From a virus, in IMG/VR virus record IMGVR_UViG_3300031774_000001: DNA of 64,000 nucleotides. One strand, written 5' to 3'. Below the pieces are notes generated by a model that was not told the DNA's origin, did no database searches, and worked only from the letters and a program-made list of their open reading frames with translations. The translations under genes were made by a program, and so were the position numbers. Positions 1 to 10,650 of the stretch are shown piece by piece; the stretch's first letter is position 1; each line of letters opens with the position of its first letter.

Positions 1-1809
1 GGTAGACCTAATACATATTATTCATTGTATGGTATTGCAATGTTAGATTATCTTGATTTATATAAATGGTTTATACCAGTAAGACAAGAGAGTTATAGAT
101 TATCTCATATAGGTGAAACTGAATTAGGTGAATCTAAAGTAGATAATCCATATGATACTTTTAAAGATTTCTATACAAAAGATTATCAAAAATTTGTAGA
201 GTATAATATTCAAGACGTAGAAATAGTTGATGGTTTAGAAGATAAGTTAGGTCTAATTGATTTATCTTTAACCTTTGCATATGAAACTAAAGTAAACTAT
301 AACGATATATTCTCACAGGTAAGAGTTTGGGATACATTAATCGCAAACCACTTGATGACAAAAAAGATTTGTGTACCTCCTAGGGAAGACCACATAAAGG
401 ACACCAAGTATGAAGGTGCGTATGTAAAAGAACCTAGACTTGGTATGCAAAAATGGGTGGTGTCTTTTGATATCAACTCACTTTATCCACATATTATTGT
501 ACAATATAATATTTCTCCCGAAAAGATATTAGGTGTTAAACCATCTGGTGTTTCTGTGAATAAAATGCTTGATAAGAAGACACCCCTAGATTATTTAAAA
601 ACAGAAGGTGCTTGTATAACACCTAATGGTGCAATGTTTAAAAATGATAGTCAAGGTTTTTTACCTGAAATGATTGAAAAGATTTATAAAGACCGTGTGA
701 TATATAAGAAACGTGAATTAAAAGCAAAGAAAGAATATCAAAATAATCCAACAATAGAATTAAAAAAAGAAATTGCTAGGTGCCACAATGTACAATGGGC
801 AAGAAAGATTGCGTTGAATAGTTGTTATGGTGCAATAGGTAATCAATACTTTAGATACTATGATATAGCACAAGCAAGTGCTGTAACTACAGCAGGTCAG
901 TTTATAATCAGATTTATAGAACAAAAAGTAAATGAATATTTAAATCAAGTATTACAAACACACGGTGAAATAGATTATGTACTAGCGTCTGATACAGATT
1001 CAATATATGTTTCATTAGATAAACTTGTAGAGAAAACTTGTAAGGGTAAAACAGACCAACAAATATGTGATTTTATAGGTAAGGTATGTGATAATAAATT
1101 AGAACCTTTTATTGCAAAACAATTTGAAGATGTTGCAGATTATACTAACGCATACAAGAACGCAATGGTTATGGCACGTGAAGTTATTGCTAACAAAGGT
1201 ATATGGGTTGCGAAAAAAAGATATATGTTAAACGTATTAGATGAGGAAGATGTTAGATTGTCTGAACCTAAATTAAAGATTATGGGTATAGAGGCAATTA
1301 AATCTTCAACTCCACAAGTATGCCGAGGTAAGATTAAAGAAGCAATTAAAATAATTATGTCAAAAGAAGAATCTGATTTACATACTTTCATTGCAGATTT
1401 TAAAAAAGAATTTATGAGTATGTCTGCTGAGCAGATATCATTTCCTAGGTCTTGTAATAATATGAGAAAATATGGTAGTAGTAAAGATGTGTTTATCAAA
1501 GGTACACCAATACACGTTAAAGGTTCATTGATTTATAATCATCAAGTAAAACAATTTGGATTACAGAATAAGTATCCTTATATTCAAGAAGGAGATAAGA
1601 TTAAATTTATTAAATTGTTAGCGGCAAATCCATTTAAGTTTGATGTGATTAGTTATATAACTAAACTACCAAAAGAGTTTAATCTACAAGAATATATTGA
1701 TTATGAAGTACAGTTTGAGAAAACTTTCCTAGACCCTATGAGATTTATATTGAATTCAATAGGTTGGGAACACGAAAAGAAAGCAAGTCTGGAGGCGTTT
1801 TTTGGATGA
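1..1809 (+). CDS. gp43: T4-like family B DNA polymerase (5'-truncated by window edge)
   Basis: Motifs SFDINSLYPHII, KIALNSCYG, ASDTDS, KKRY; frame is open from base 1. Confidence 0.97.
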   Translation, partial: GRPNTYYSLYGIAMLDYLDLYKWFIPVRQESYRLSHIGETELGESKVDNPYDTFKDFYTKDYQKFVEYNIQDVEIVDGLEDKLGLIDLSLTFAYETKVNYNDIFSQVRVWDTLIANHLMTKKICVPPREDHIKDTKYEGAYVKEPRLGMQKWVVSFDINSLYPHIIVQYNISPEKILGVKPSGVSVNKMLDKKTPLDYLKTEGACITPNGAMFKNDSQGFLPEMIEKIYKDRVIYKKRELKAKKEYQNNPTIELKKEIARCHNVQWARKIALNSCYGAIGNQYFRYYDIAQASAVTTAGQFIIRFIEQKVNEYLNQVLQTHGEIDYVLASDTDSIYVSLDKLVEKTCKGKTDQQICDFIGKVCDNKLEPFIAKQFEDVADYTNAYKNAMVMAREVIANKGIWVAKKRYMLNVLDEEDVRLSEPKLKIMGIEAIKSSTPQVCRGKIKEAIKIIMSKEESDLHTFIADFKKEFMSMSAEQISFPRSCNNMRKYGSSKDVFIKGTPIHVKGSLIYNHQVKQFGLQNKYPYIQEGDKIKFIKLLAANPFKFDVISYITKLPKEFNLQEYIDYEVQFEKTFLDPMRFILNSIGWEHEKKASLEAFFG

Positions 1810-1949
1810 TAGACCAGTTATTATTTCTAGCTATTATAGTATTTGCTGTAAGAGTAGGAGAGATATTTGCTATGACTAAAATATCATTTTGGAAGTTTTG
1901 TTTAATGTTATTATTAATTAAATTTGTGGCGGTAAGTTATGTTAGTTAA
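1806..1949 (+). CDS. small membrane protein
   Basis: ATG overlaps the gp43 stop (ATGA); two hydrophobic stretches. Confidence 0.6.
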   Translation: MIDQLLFLAIIVFAVRVGEIFAMTKISFWKFCLMLLLIKFVAVSYVS

Positions 1950-2844
1950 CGAAGAAAGTTTAAAACATTTAAAAACACTTAAAGAGAATACGTTTGATTC
2001 GTGTGTAACTGATCCACCATATCATTTGGCGTCTATACTTAAACGATTTGGACCAGGTCAAAAAGGAATTAATAATAAAGATGAGAAAGAAGGTCGTAAT
2101 GGACCTTATCATAGAGCTGCAAAAGGATTTATGGGACAGACTTGGGACGGTGGTGATATAGCATTTAATAAAGATTTTTGGAAAGAAGTATATAGAGTTA
2201 TGAAACCTGGTTGTGTTCTATTGGCATTTGCTGCCACTAGAAATTATCATAGAATGGCAGTTGCAATTGAAGACGCAGGTTTTGAAATTTTTGATATGAT
2301 AAACTGGATATATGGTAGTGGATTTCCTAAAAGAAAAAATTATTTGAAACCTGGTCACGAACCTATTGTAATGGCACGTAAAGGAGTTAATAAAAGTTTA
2401 AACATAGATGAGAGTAGAGTACCTGGATATGAGTGGGACACAACTAAAAACAGAAGAGAACCTAAAAAACATAAAGAAGCAGTTTATAAATTAGGTTTAA
2501 AGAAAACAGGTGCAGGAGAAAAAATAAAAGGAAGATATCCTGCTAATGTTATACACGATGGAATAGCAGAAGAGTGGGCAAAGTATTTTTATTGTCATAA
2601 GGCAAGTAAAAAAGAAAAAGGAGATACTGAACACCCTACAGTTAAACCATTAGATTTAATGAGATATCTTGTTAAGTTAGTTACACCTAAAGATGGTACA
2701 GTATTGGATCCATTTGCAGGTACAGGTACTACTGGTGAGGCTGCATTATTAGAAGGTAGAAAATACTATTTAATAGAAAGAGAAAAGAATTATTTTAAAG
2801 ACATAGAGAATAGATTAAAGAAAGTGAATAAGTTTTTTGTATGA
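1939..2844 (+). CDS. DNA N6-adenine/N4-cytosine methyltransferase, beta-class motif order
   Basis: TDPPY (motif IV) near N-terminus; HPTVKP and LDPFAGTGTT (motif I) near C-terminus. Confidence 0.93.
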   Translation: MLVNEESLKHLKTLKENTFDSCVTDPPYHLASILKRFGPGQKGINNKDEKEGRNGPYHRAAKGFMGQTWDGGDIAFNKDFWKEVYRVMKPGCVLLAFAATRNYHRMAVAIEDAGFEIFDMINWIYGSGFPKRKNYLKPGHEPIVMARKGVNKSLNIDESRVPGYEWDTTKNRREPKKHKEAVYKLGLKKTGAGEKIKGRYPANVIHDGIAEEWAKYFYCHKASKKEKGDTEHPTVKPLDLMRYLVKLVTPKDGTVLDPFAGTGTTGEAALLEGRKYYLIEREKNYFKDIENRLKKVNKFFV

Positions 2845-2936
2845 CATTATTACTTGCATTGACTTTATCAGCTTTATGTATTATAATACCAATGTTATTA
2901 TTAATATTATGGAACAATGAAAAACCTAGACCTTAA
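2841..2936 (+). CDS. 31-aa single-TM peptide (not in ORF track)
   Basis: MTLLLALTLSALCIIIPMLLLILWNNEKPRP; ATGA overlap with upstream stop. Confidence 0.5.
   Translation: MTLLLALTLSALCIIIPMLLLILWNNEKPRP
2859..2887 (+). promoter_or_regulatory. sigma70-type promoter for the second methyltransferase
   Basis: TTGACT-17nt-TATAAT. Confidence 0.75.
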
Positions 2937-4146
2937 ACAATACGCAAACGAAAATAGACTGCCTATAATGGACACTATTCAATTTGATAGATGGACAGAA
3001 GAGTTAGGTAAAGAAAAATTTAGAGAATTATTATCAGAATATATTGCTGAAAATAGACCAGAATTTCCTTTAAGAAAAATATCTTATGATGATATGCGTA
3101 ATAATATAATTGCATTATCAAAGTATGATACTTCTGCTATATGTACACCTAAAGAACAAATAACTAAAGATGTATTTGAAAAGTATGAAGATTACAAATA
3201 TAATTTTAAAGAATATGGTTTAGGTATCATAGATGGTCCTAATACATTTAATACTTCTTCTAATTATTTTATGCAAGAGTTGAGATTAAATTGTTCTAGT
3301 TATGGATTTAGAGCGCCGATAGAAGTTTGGCAAAATGGTAATGCAAGAGATATATGGAAGTGTTTAGGTCCTATATGGAGAGGTATTAATACAAAAAGAG
3401 TTTTAGATGAAGATGTATATATGAGTGCATTTAGATTGGGTACATATATTGCAACACAATTTAAACCAGTTGTTGCAAAAACAATATATGATTTAACCAA
3501 TGCAGAAACAGTATTAGATACCAGTTGTGGTTGGGGAGATAGACTTGCTGGTTTCTTTGCTAGTAAGGCAACACACTATTATGGTTGTGATCCTAATCCA
3601 AATACATATAGAATATATCAAAAACAGATAGAAGAGTATAGTAAATTCTTTAAAAACAAAACTGTTAAGATATGGAATTGTGGTGCAGAAGACTTACCTT
3701 ATAATGAACTACCAAATATAGATTGTGCATTTACAAGTCCACCTTACTTTAGTACTGAACAATATAATAAAGGTGGTGAGAAAGAAGAGAATCAATCTTG
3801 GTTTAAGTTTAATGAATATGAACAATGGAGAGATAATTTTTATCTTCCAGTTGCAGAAAAGACTTTAAGTAAATCAAAATATATGTTTGTTAATATTATG
3901 GATCCAAAAATTAAGACTGTAAGATATAGGTCAAGTGATGAACTAGTTGATAGATTTAAAGATAAGTTTTTAGGTCAGATTGGTATGAGAATTATGCAAA
4001 GACCACAAGGTAATAAGAAATTTAAGACTAAAGAAGAGTTAAATATCTTTATGGCTATGACTTATATTGAAAATGTATGGTGTTTTGGTGAGAAGATAGA
4101 CCTATTTAAGAATTCAAGATTAGGGACGCTAGAGGCATTTATATAA
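2917..4146 (+). CDS. DNA amino-methyltransferase (SPPY type, possibly N4-cytosine)
   Basis: VLDTSCGWGDRL (motif I) followed by FTSPPYF (motif IV). Confidence 0.88.
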   Translation: MKNLDLKQYANENRLPIMDTIQFDRWTEELGKEKFRELLSEYIAENRPEFPLRKISYDDMRNNIIALSKYDTSAICTPKEQITKDVFEKYEDYKYNFKEYGLGIIDGPNTFNTSSNYFMQELRLNCSSYGFRAPIEVWQNGNARDIWKCLGPIWRGINTKRVLDEDVYMSAFRLGTYIATQFKPVVAKTIYDLTNAETVLDTSCGWGDRLAGFFASKATHYYGCDPNPNTYRIYQKQIEEYSKFFKNKTVKIWNCGAEDLPYNELPNIDCAFTSPPYFSTEQYNKGGEKEENQSWFKFNEYEQWRDNFYLPVAEKTLSKSKYMFVNIMDPKIKTVRYRSSDELVDRFKDKFLGQIGMRIMQRPQGNKKFKTKEELNIFMAMTYIENVWCFGEKIDLFKNSRLGTLEAFI

Positions 4147-4149
4147 ATA
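4142..4149 (+). promoter_or_regulatory. T4-type late promoter
   Basis: TATAAATA just upstream of the ORF at 4153. Confidence 0.6.
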
Positions 4150-4152
4150 TGT

Positions 4153-4326
4153 ATGAGAATAACAGTATATAGAAGATATAATGATTACATTAGTCAAAAT
4201 TTTCTACCAACGGAACTTGACTCGGTAAGAGAATTATGTTATATTAACAACATCAAATGGTACACAATAAGTTATACGGAAGAGGAGTGGAACGAATATG
4301 AAAGACTTTCTAAAAGAAATAATTAA
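4153..4326 (+). CDS. 57-aa hypothetical protein (not in ORF track)
   Basis: [15 protein letters not shown]...; fills the gap before uvsX. Confidence 0.55.
   Translation: MRITVYRRYNDYISQNFLPTELDSVRELCYINNIKWYTISYTEEEWNEYERLSKRNN
4217..4245 (+). promoter_or_regulatory. sigma70-type promoter upstream of uvsX
   Basis: TTGACT-17nt-TATATT. Confidence 0.6.
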
Positions 4327-5323
4327 AGAAACAGGAAATGAATTTGCTAGTTTAGCAAGTGATGGAATCACAGCAGGTGATGTAACTTCATTTATAGATA
4401 CAGGTTCTTATTCTTTTAATGCTCTCTTATCAGGTTCAATTTATGGTGGACTACCAGGCAACCGTATAACAGCAATCGCAGGCGAGGCCGCAACTGGTAA
4501 AACATTTTTTGCATTAGGTATTTTAAAAAATTATTTAGATAAAGACAAAGACGCAGGCGTTGTTTTATTTGAATCAGAAAATGCAGTATCAAAAGATATG
4601 ATAGAGGCAAGAGGTGTTGATAGTTCCAGAGTTGTAGTTGTACCAGTATCAACAGTACAAGAATTTAGAAGTCAATCAATAAAAATATTAGACAAGTATT
4701 TACAACAATCAGATTCAGAAAGAAAACCTTTGATGTTTGTATTAGATAGTTTAGGTATGTTATCTACTACAAAAGAAATGACAGACACAGCAGAAGGTAA
4801 AGAAACAAGAGATATGACTAGAAGTCAAATAGTCAAATCTACATTTAGAGTTTTAACACTTAAACTAGGACAAGCAAATGTTCCTATGTTAATGACCAAT
4901 CACACTTATGATGTTATTGGTTCTATGTTCCCACAAAAAGAAATGGGTGGCGGTTCAGGATTGAAATACGCTGCCTCTACAATCATCTATCTAGGTAAAC
5001 GAAAAGAAAAAATCGGTACAGAAGTAGTTGGTAATATTATTCATTGCAAAACCTATAAGTCAAGAATCACAAAAGAAAATTCTCAAATTGATGTTAAGTT
5101 AACATATAAAAGAGGACTAGATAAACATTATGGTCTTCTTCAACTTGGTGAAGAGGCAGGTATCTTTAAGAAAGTATCAACAAGATATGAAATGCCAGAT
5201 GGTTCTAAAGTATTTGGTAAAGCAATCAATGATGAACCAGAAAAATATTTTACAAAAGAAGTATTAGAAAAAATAGATGAACACGCAAGACAAAAATTCA
5301 CATACGGATCAGACGAAGAGTAA
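4298..5323 (+). CDS. uvsX: RecA-like recombinase UvsX
   Basis: AGEAATGKT Walker [20 protein letters not shown]. Confidence 0.96.
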   Translation: MKDFLKEIIKETGNEFASLASDGITAGDVTSFIDTGSYSFNALLSGSIYGGLPGNRITAIAGEAATGKTFFALGILKNYLDKDKDAGVVLFESENAVSKDMIEARGVDSSRVVVVPVSTVQEFRSQSIKILDKYLQQSDSERKPLMFVLDSLGMLSTTKEMTDTAEGKETRDMTRSQIVKSTFRVLTLKLGQANVPMLMTNHTYDVIGSMFPQKEMGGGSGLKYAASTIIYLGKRKEKIGTEVVGNIIHCKTYKSRITKENSQIDVKLTYKRGLDKHYGLLQLGEEAGIFKKVSTRYEMPDGSKVFGKAINDEPEKYFTKEVLEKIDEHARQKFTYGSDEE

Positions 5324-5603
5324 AAGATTCACCTATGCTCAAAGAGAAGGTGATGATTTTTCTTGTATAAAACTTAAAGAAGGTAAGTATAGAGGTGTAA
5401 TATATCATTATGGCAAACTTGGATTTGCTAAAGATGAAAATCCTGATGGTACTTTACCTATGAAGTTTGATTTTGTTGTTAAAGTAAATCCTACAGATGA
5501 AGTATTGAACGTTGACAATAATGAGTTTGTGGAGTATATTGGTGATATATTAATAGAAATTTTAGAAACACAATTAAAAGATGGTACAGCAGTCATTTCA
5601 TAA
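5277..5603 (+). CDS. probable gp40-like head vertex assembly chaperone
   Basis: Occupies the T4 uvsX-40-41 position; size fits; YHYGK and IGDIL motifs. Confidence 0.55.
   Translation: MNTQDKNSHTDQTKSKRFTYAQREGDDFSCIKLKEGKYRGVIYHYGKLGFAKDENPDGTLPMKFDFVVKVNPTDEVLNVDNNEFVEYIGDILIEILETQLKDGTAVIS
5512..5540 (+). promoter_or_regulatory. sigma70-type promoter upstream of the helicase
   Basis: TTGACA-17nt-TATATT. Confidence 0.6.
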
Positions 5604-6975
5604 TTCAGATAGATTAGAAACAACTATCTTAAATAATCTTTTCTTTCACGAAGATTATGCTAGAAAAGTATTACCTTTCTTAAAAGAAGATTACTTTCCA
5701 TTACGAACTGATAAGATTTTATTTACAGAAATATATAAGTTTGTTGAGAAGTATAATAATATACCAACAAAAGAATCTATTACAATTGAATTAGGGCAAA
5801 GAAAAGATATTAATGAAGATGAAATTAATACATTAAAAGATAATATTAATTCTATAACTAAAATAGATTCCGATCCTAAATGGTTGTTAGATGTAACTGA
5901 AAAGTTTTGTAAAGATAGAGCAGTACATAATGCTGTATTAGATGGTATTAGAATTTTAGATAAGAAAGATACTAAAAGAACACCAGAAGCAATACCTAGT
6001 ATATTAGCAGACGCATTAGCAGTATCTTTTGACCAACATATAGGTCACGATTATATAGATGACGCTGATAGAAGATTTAAATGGTATCATACTAAAGAAA
6101 CAAAATATCAATTTGATTTAGATTATATGAATAGAATAACCAAAGGTGGTATTCCAAGTAAGACTTTGAATATTGCATTGGCAGGCACAGGTGTAGGTAA
6201 GTCTTTGTTTATGTGTCATTGTGCAAGTGCTTATTTGGCACAAGGTTTAAATGTATTGTATATCACTTTAGAAATGGCAGAAGAAAGAATTGCTGAAAGA
6301 ATTGACGCAAACTTATTAGATGTAACTATGGACGATTTACATACAATGCCAAAAGATTTATATGATAATAAAATAGAGAAGATAAGACAGAAGACTGGTG
6401 GTAAATTAATTATTAAAGAATATCCAACAGCGTCTGCTCATAGTGGACACTTTAGAGCATTGTTTAATGAACTTGCATTAAAGAAAAGTTTTAAACCAGA
6501 TGTAGTGTTCATAGATTATTTAAATATATGTGCGTCAAGTAGATTTAAAGGTGGTAATATAGGTTCTTATTTCTATATCAAAGCAATTGCAGAAGAATTA
6601 AGAGGACTTGCAGTAGAATTTAATGTACCATTGTTTTCTGCTACACAAACAACAAGAACTGGTTTTATGAGTACAGATATAGGACTAGAAGATACAGCAG
6701 AAAGTTTTGGATTACCAGCAACAGCAGACTTTATGTTTGCAATCATATCAAATGAGGATTTAGAAGCATTAGGACAGTTAAAAATTAAACAATTGAAGAA
6801 TAGATATAACGATCCAGGTATTAATAGGTCATTTATTATAGGTGTTGATAGAGCAAAAATGAGATTGTATGACGTAGGTCAACAAGCACAAAACATAGTT
6901 GACTCAAATCAACAAGAAGAACAACCAAAAGAAAAAGATATCGCTTACGATAAGTTTTCGGATTTTAAAGTATAA
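5581..6975 (+). CDS. gp41: DnaB-like replicative helicase
   Basis: LAGTGVGKS, ITLEMAEE, IDYLNIC, SATQTTR, QLKNRY. Confidence 0.96.
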   Translation: MVQQSFHNSDRLETTILNNLFFHEDYARKVLPFLKEDYFPLRTDKILFTEIYKFVEKYNNIPTKESITIELGQRKDINEDEINTLKDNINSITKIDSDPKWLLDVTEKFCKDRAVHNAVLDGIRILDKKDTKRTPEAIPSILADALAVSFDQHIGHDYIDDADRRFKWYHTKETKYQFDLDYMNRITKGGIPSKTLNIALAGTGVGKSLFMCHCASAYLAQGLNVLYITLEMAEERIAERIDANLLDVTMDDLHTMPKDLYDNKIEKIRQKTGGKLIIKEYPTASAHSGHFRALFNELALKKSFKPDVVFIDYLNICASSRFKGGNIGSYFYIKAIAEELRGLAVEFNVPLFSATQTTRTGFMSTDIGLEDTAESFGLPATADFMFAIISNEDLEALGQLKIKQLKNRYNDPGINRSFIIGVDRAKMRLYDVGQQAQNIVDSNQQEEQPKEKDIAYDKFSDFKV

Positions 6976-7526
6976 TGGATACTCAACCAATTTTTACACT
7001 AGATATATGGAAGAAATATAATTTTTTAAATGATGATGAAATAGATTTAGTAACTAATAGTATTTTACAAAAAGATTTATTAGATTATAATTTCTTTAAA
7101 GGTTCTGCTAAGTCAACATACGTTGCTATGCAAGAACAAAACCCTAACATTTTAGATTTTCATAGTGATATACAAAAAAAAATTTTAAAAGAAGTACCAA
7201 TAGCTGCACCTAATCAAAGAATGGCAGACTCTTGGTGTAATATACAAGGTAGAGATAGTACATTAGAGTGGCATAATCATCCTAATTCAGTTATTTCTGG
7301 TATTATATTTCTAAAATGTGATGAACATAGTAGCAAGTTAGTCTTTAAAAATCCACTTACTCCAAGGCCACCAACTGCTGTTTCACCACACGAACAAATT
7401 TATGAATTAACACCTGAAAAAGGACTATTGGTAATGTGGCCTAGTTATTTAATGCACGGTTCAGGTGGTAGTGTTAATCAAAGTGATGAAAGGATAGTAT
7501 TAAGTTTTAATACGTACTGGAAATAA
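6975..7526 (+). CDS. 2OG-Fe(II) oxygenase-like protein
   Basis: WHNHPNS, WPSYLMH and RIVLSFN motifs. Confidence 0.8.
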   Translation: MDTQPIFTLDIWKKYNFLNDDEIDLVTNSILQKDLLDYNFFKGSAKSTYVAMQEQNPNILDFHSDIQKKILKEVPIAAPNQRMADSWCNIQGRDSTLEWHNHPNSVISGIIFLKCDEHSSKLVFKNPLTPRPPTAVSPHEQIYELTPEKGLLVMWPSYLMHGSGGSVNQSDERIVLSFNTYWK

Positions 7527-7527
7527 T

Positions 7528-7683
7528 ATGGGCAGACCTAGATTTTATAAGAGTAATAAAATGGTTCCTACTAAAGAATATAAAGCTAATTGGGAAGATA
7601 TTTTTGGGGATAAAAAGAAAAAGAAAAATGGCAAAACAAAAAGTAAGGTTCAGCAGAAACGACAAGAGACCAGCAAAGTATAA
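7528..7683 (+). CDS. 51-aa basic hypothetical protein
   Basis: MGRPRFYKS...YKANWEDIFG; packs between neighbouring genes. Confidence 0.55.
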   Translation: MGRPRFYKSNKMVPTKEYKANWEDIFGDKKKKKNGKTKSKVQQKRQETSKV

Positions 7684-7891
7684 GTATACACTTTCTTACG
7701 AAACGAAACCAGTTAAGAAAGGTAGAAAGATACTTTGGCAGGTAGTAGAGAAACCTACAGGCTCTATTATATCAGAAACGTTTTTTGAAGAAGACGCAGA
7801 TAAATTAGCAAAATTTCAAAACAAACATAAAGTCTGGCAAGAAAATGGTGGCGTTGTCAAGCACTTATGTGTTCGTGTTCAGCCCAAATAG
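7628..7891 (+). CDS. hypothetical protein; stop codon lies inside the tRNA
   Basis: ORF track, ATG at 7628. Confidence 0.7.
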   Translation: MAKQKVRFSRNDKRPAKYKYTLSYETKPVKKGRKILWQVVEKPTGSIISETFFEEDADKLAKFQNKHKVWQENGGVVKHLCVRVQPK

Positions 7892-7957
7892 CTCAATTGG
7901 TAGAGCAACTGATTTGTAATCAGTAGGTTGGAGGTTCAATTCCTTCTTTGGGCACCA
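7882..7957 (+). tRNA. trnT: tRNA-Thr(UGU)
   Basis: GCCCAAA/TTTGGGC acceptor stem, GCTC/GAGC D arm, ACTGA-TTTGTAA-TCAGT anticodon arm, TTCAATT T loop, encoded CCA; 76 nt. Confidence 0.96.
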
Positions 7958-7965
7958 TATAAATA
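7958..7965 (+). promoter_or_regulatory. T4-type late promoter
   Basis: TATAAATA immediately after the tRNA CCA. Confidence 0.75.
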
Positions 7966-7982
7966 GTTATAAAGAGAGAGAT

Positions 7983-9368
7983 ATGGCATACGAAGCTTCA
8001 GAAATCTGTACAGCGGCAGCATTAATGTTTACTACAGATGAACTAAAAAAATTACAAGTAGGTTTTAATTCAAACAAATTAGATAGGGATGATTTAGTTG
8101 AAAAACTAGAAGAAGCTAAATCACTTATGAAAATTGGTAGACCTAAAGCTAAAGTTGGCCAGGTTGTTTTTGCAGATGGTTCGCAAGAACAAGGGTTTAT
8201 GAAAATACTTGATTCAAGTAATGATAAAATCTTAAGCGATTTTGCTGTAGGTATATCAGCTGCATTAGGTATTCGTGGTTTTGCTAGAAAAAAAGGCGAC
8301 AATCAACCAACTAAAAAAGTTTTTATGACTGGCTCTAAATGGCCTAGTGAGATTGAAAAGTTTTCTTTACCTGAAGGTGGAGGATATCAATATAATTCTG
8401 CTGATATAATGGTTGAAAATAATTCTGCTAAAGCAAGAGTAAAAAAATATTACGGCATTTCTTTAAAGAAAAAATCAACTCAAAAGGCTACCCCACCACC
8501 ACTTATTAATAAAGCATTTGATAGACTTATAGAAGGTGATTCAACCTTTAATAAATTAATGAAAGATGTTGATGAGTTTAAGTATAAATTTTTTGCTGAT
8601 AGATTAAAGCAAGCAATTACCAATAAAATTATAAAAATAAAAGGCTTTTCATTACCATCAAACAATAAAGAAATATTTTATAAAACAATTAAGCATCCTT
8701 ATAAAACAGGAAACATAAAACTAATTGATTTAAAAGGTGAAGGAGTAATAAAAAATAACTTTGATATTAAAAAGGCAGCAGATAAAATTTTAATTCAAAA
8801 ATTATTTGCAAAAAATAAAGATGGCTCAGGAGATTTACCAAATACACAATGGAAATTGAGAAAGTTTATGAACGAATCTTTATATGGTGGTTCTAAAAGT
8901 AAATATTGGCAAGGTGTATTAAAACTTATGAATGAATATGCTGAAAAATTTGCAGAAGGTCTTATTGATGTTATTTTAAAAGTTAATTTATTCAATAAAT
9001 TAAAAAAGAAAGATATAGATGAAGCGGAATTTGATTTTCAATTGACAACAGGTGTAGGTAATGTTACCTCAAAGGGTAATGTAACTGTAGGCAATTCAGT
9101 TGACTTTCAAGTTAATACTTTACTTTGTGGCTATCATAGAATTGAGAAAAAAATGAAAGGTAAGAAGTGGGAAATTGTTATGAGGGATGAAAGTGTTAAA
9201 GGTGATTCTGTTGAAGAAGCAGCTAAAATTAAAATGTGGTTAAAGAGAGGTAATGTTAAAATATTTAATTTAGAATTAAGATATAAAGGTGCCTTCGGAT
9301 CACAACCACAATTTACAGGAACTCTACATCCAGAATTTAAAGAATTGTTAGAGAAAGAATGTACATAA
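7983..9368 (+). CDS. hypothetical protein, possible PD-(D/E)xK-like nuclease
   Basis: Lys-rich; SADIMV...YYGISLKKK resembles a restriction-endonuclease core. Confidence 0.45.
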   Translation: MAYEASEICTAAALMFTTDELKKLQVGFNSNKLDRDDLVEKLEEAKSLMKIGRPKAKVGQVVFADGSQEQGFMKILDSSNDKILSDFAVGISAALGIRGFARKKGDNQPTKKVFMTGSKWPSEIEKFSLPEGGGYQYNSADIMVENNSAKARVKKYYGISLKKKSTQKATPPPLINKAFDRLIEGDSTFNKLMKDVDEFKYKFFADRLKQAITNKIIKIKGFSLPSNNKEIFYKTIKHPYKTGNIKLIDLKGEGVIKNNFDIKKAADKILIQKLFAKNKDGSGDLPNTQWKLRKFMNESLYGGSKSKYWQGVLKLMNEYAEKFAEGLIDVILKVNLFNKLKKKDIDEAEFDFQLTTGVGNVTSKGNVTVGNSVDFQVNTLLCGYHRIEKKMKGKKWEIVMRDESVKGDSVEEAAKIKMWLKRGNVKIFNLELRYKGAFGSQPQFTGTLHPEFKELLEKECT

Positions 9369-9371
9369 ATA
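9364..9371 (+). promoter_or_regulatory. late promoter variant
   Basis: CATAAATA upstream of the ORF at 9436. Confidence 0.55.
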
Positions 9372-9435
9372 GTATTATATGATTTGTTAATGGATATTTG
9401 AAGATAGATTATACTAATGGAATAAATGAGGAATA

Positions 9436-10650
9436 ATGTTTAGTTTTAAAGGTTTTACCACAAACGACAAGAATACACACCTAGAACACCTAGAAGATGA
9501 TATAATCAATAGAGGTTCATCTGGTGGAGTTAATGCAATTAACTTTCTAAAATCAGTAAGAGATATGCTCGCAGGTCACTCGGGAGCAAAAATCAATACT
9601 ACTGTTAAATGGGATGGCGCACCTGCTATTATATGTGGGGTCAATCCTGAAAACGGTAAATTCTTTGTTGGTACTAAATCAATATTCAATAAAACTCCTA
9701 AAATCAATTACACAACAGCAGACATAAGACAAAACCATTCTGGTGCTGTCGCTCAAAAACTAACAGTATGTCTTGCTCATCTATCTAGTTTAAATATTAA
9801 ACAAATTTTACAAGGTGATTTATTATTCACTAACGATACAAAATCAGCTTCAATTGATGGTGAAAAAATGATAACCTTTACACCAAATACAATCACATAT
9901 GCAGTACAGGCAAGTAGCAATATTGGTAAGAAGATTGCTCGTGCTAAAATGGGTATAGTATTTCATACAATGTATACTGGTAAAGATATGAAAAGTTTAA
10001 ATGCAAGTTTTGGTAATGTTAGAGGATCAGGTAATTCAAGAGTATGGGTAGCAAGTGCTTCTTATAAAGACGATTCTGGTTCTATTACTTTTACTAAAAC
10101 AGAATTGAATACATTTAATGCTCAATTAAGAATGGCAGAAGGTTCATTAAGTAGAGCAAGTAAAGTATTAGATGAAATGACAAGTCGTGCTAGTGACCCT
10201 TTATCTGTAGGGTTTAGATTAAAAGCATTTTTCAATCATTACATTAGAAATAATAAAGGTAGTATGGCAAAGGTTAAAGTCTTACAAGATATGTTTAGAG
10301 ATTATTATGAGAACGTTTTGAAGACAGAAATAGACCAAAGAAAAACTGAAAAAGCAAAACAAAAATATAGAGATATATTAGCAAATGGATTAAGATTTAT
10401 TAATCAAAATAAATCAGGTTTATATATGGCGATAGCAAGTCACGTAACTTTAGGCAATGCGAAGAACACATTGATACAAAAGATGAATCAAATTCAACAG
10501 ATAGGACACTACATTAAAACTGGAACAGGTTATAGAGTAACAGCACCTGAAGGATATGTTGCAGTAGATAGAGTAGCGGGTGCAGTAAAAATAGTAGATA
10601 GATTAGAATTTAGTAGGGCAAACTTTACGTTGCCAAAAGGATGGAAATAA
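9436..10650 (+). CDS. conserved T4-like marine phage protein (DUF6267-like)
   Basis: KNTHLEHLED, TVKWDGAPA, FFVGTKS, PEGYV, KIVDRLEFSRANF. Confidence 0.75.
   Translation: MFSFKGFTTNDKNTHLEHLEDDIINRGSSGGVNAINFLKSVRDMLAGHSGAKINTTVKWDGAPAIICGVNPENGKFFVGTKSIFNKTPKINYTTADIRQNHSGAVAQKLTVCLAHLSSLNIKQILQGDLLFTNDTKSASIDGEKMITFTPNTITYAVQASSNIGKKIARAKMGIVFHTMYTGKDMKSLNASFGNVRGSGNSRVWVASASYKDDSGSITFTKTELNTFNAQLRMAEGSLSRASKVLDEMTSRASDPLSVGFRLKAFFNHYIRNNKGSMAKVKVLQDMFRDYYENVLKTEIDQRKTEKAKQKYRDILANGLRFINQNKSGLYMAIASHVTLGNAKNTLIQKMNQIQQIGHYIKTGTGYRVTAPEGYVAVDRVAGAVKIVDRLEFSRANFTLPKGWK

Noticed and set aside
7882-7957. tRNA as a prophage attachment site
   Set aside because: No integrase or duplicated tRNA 3' end was seen, and both flanks are phage-like
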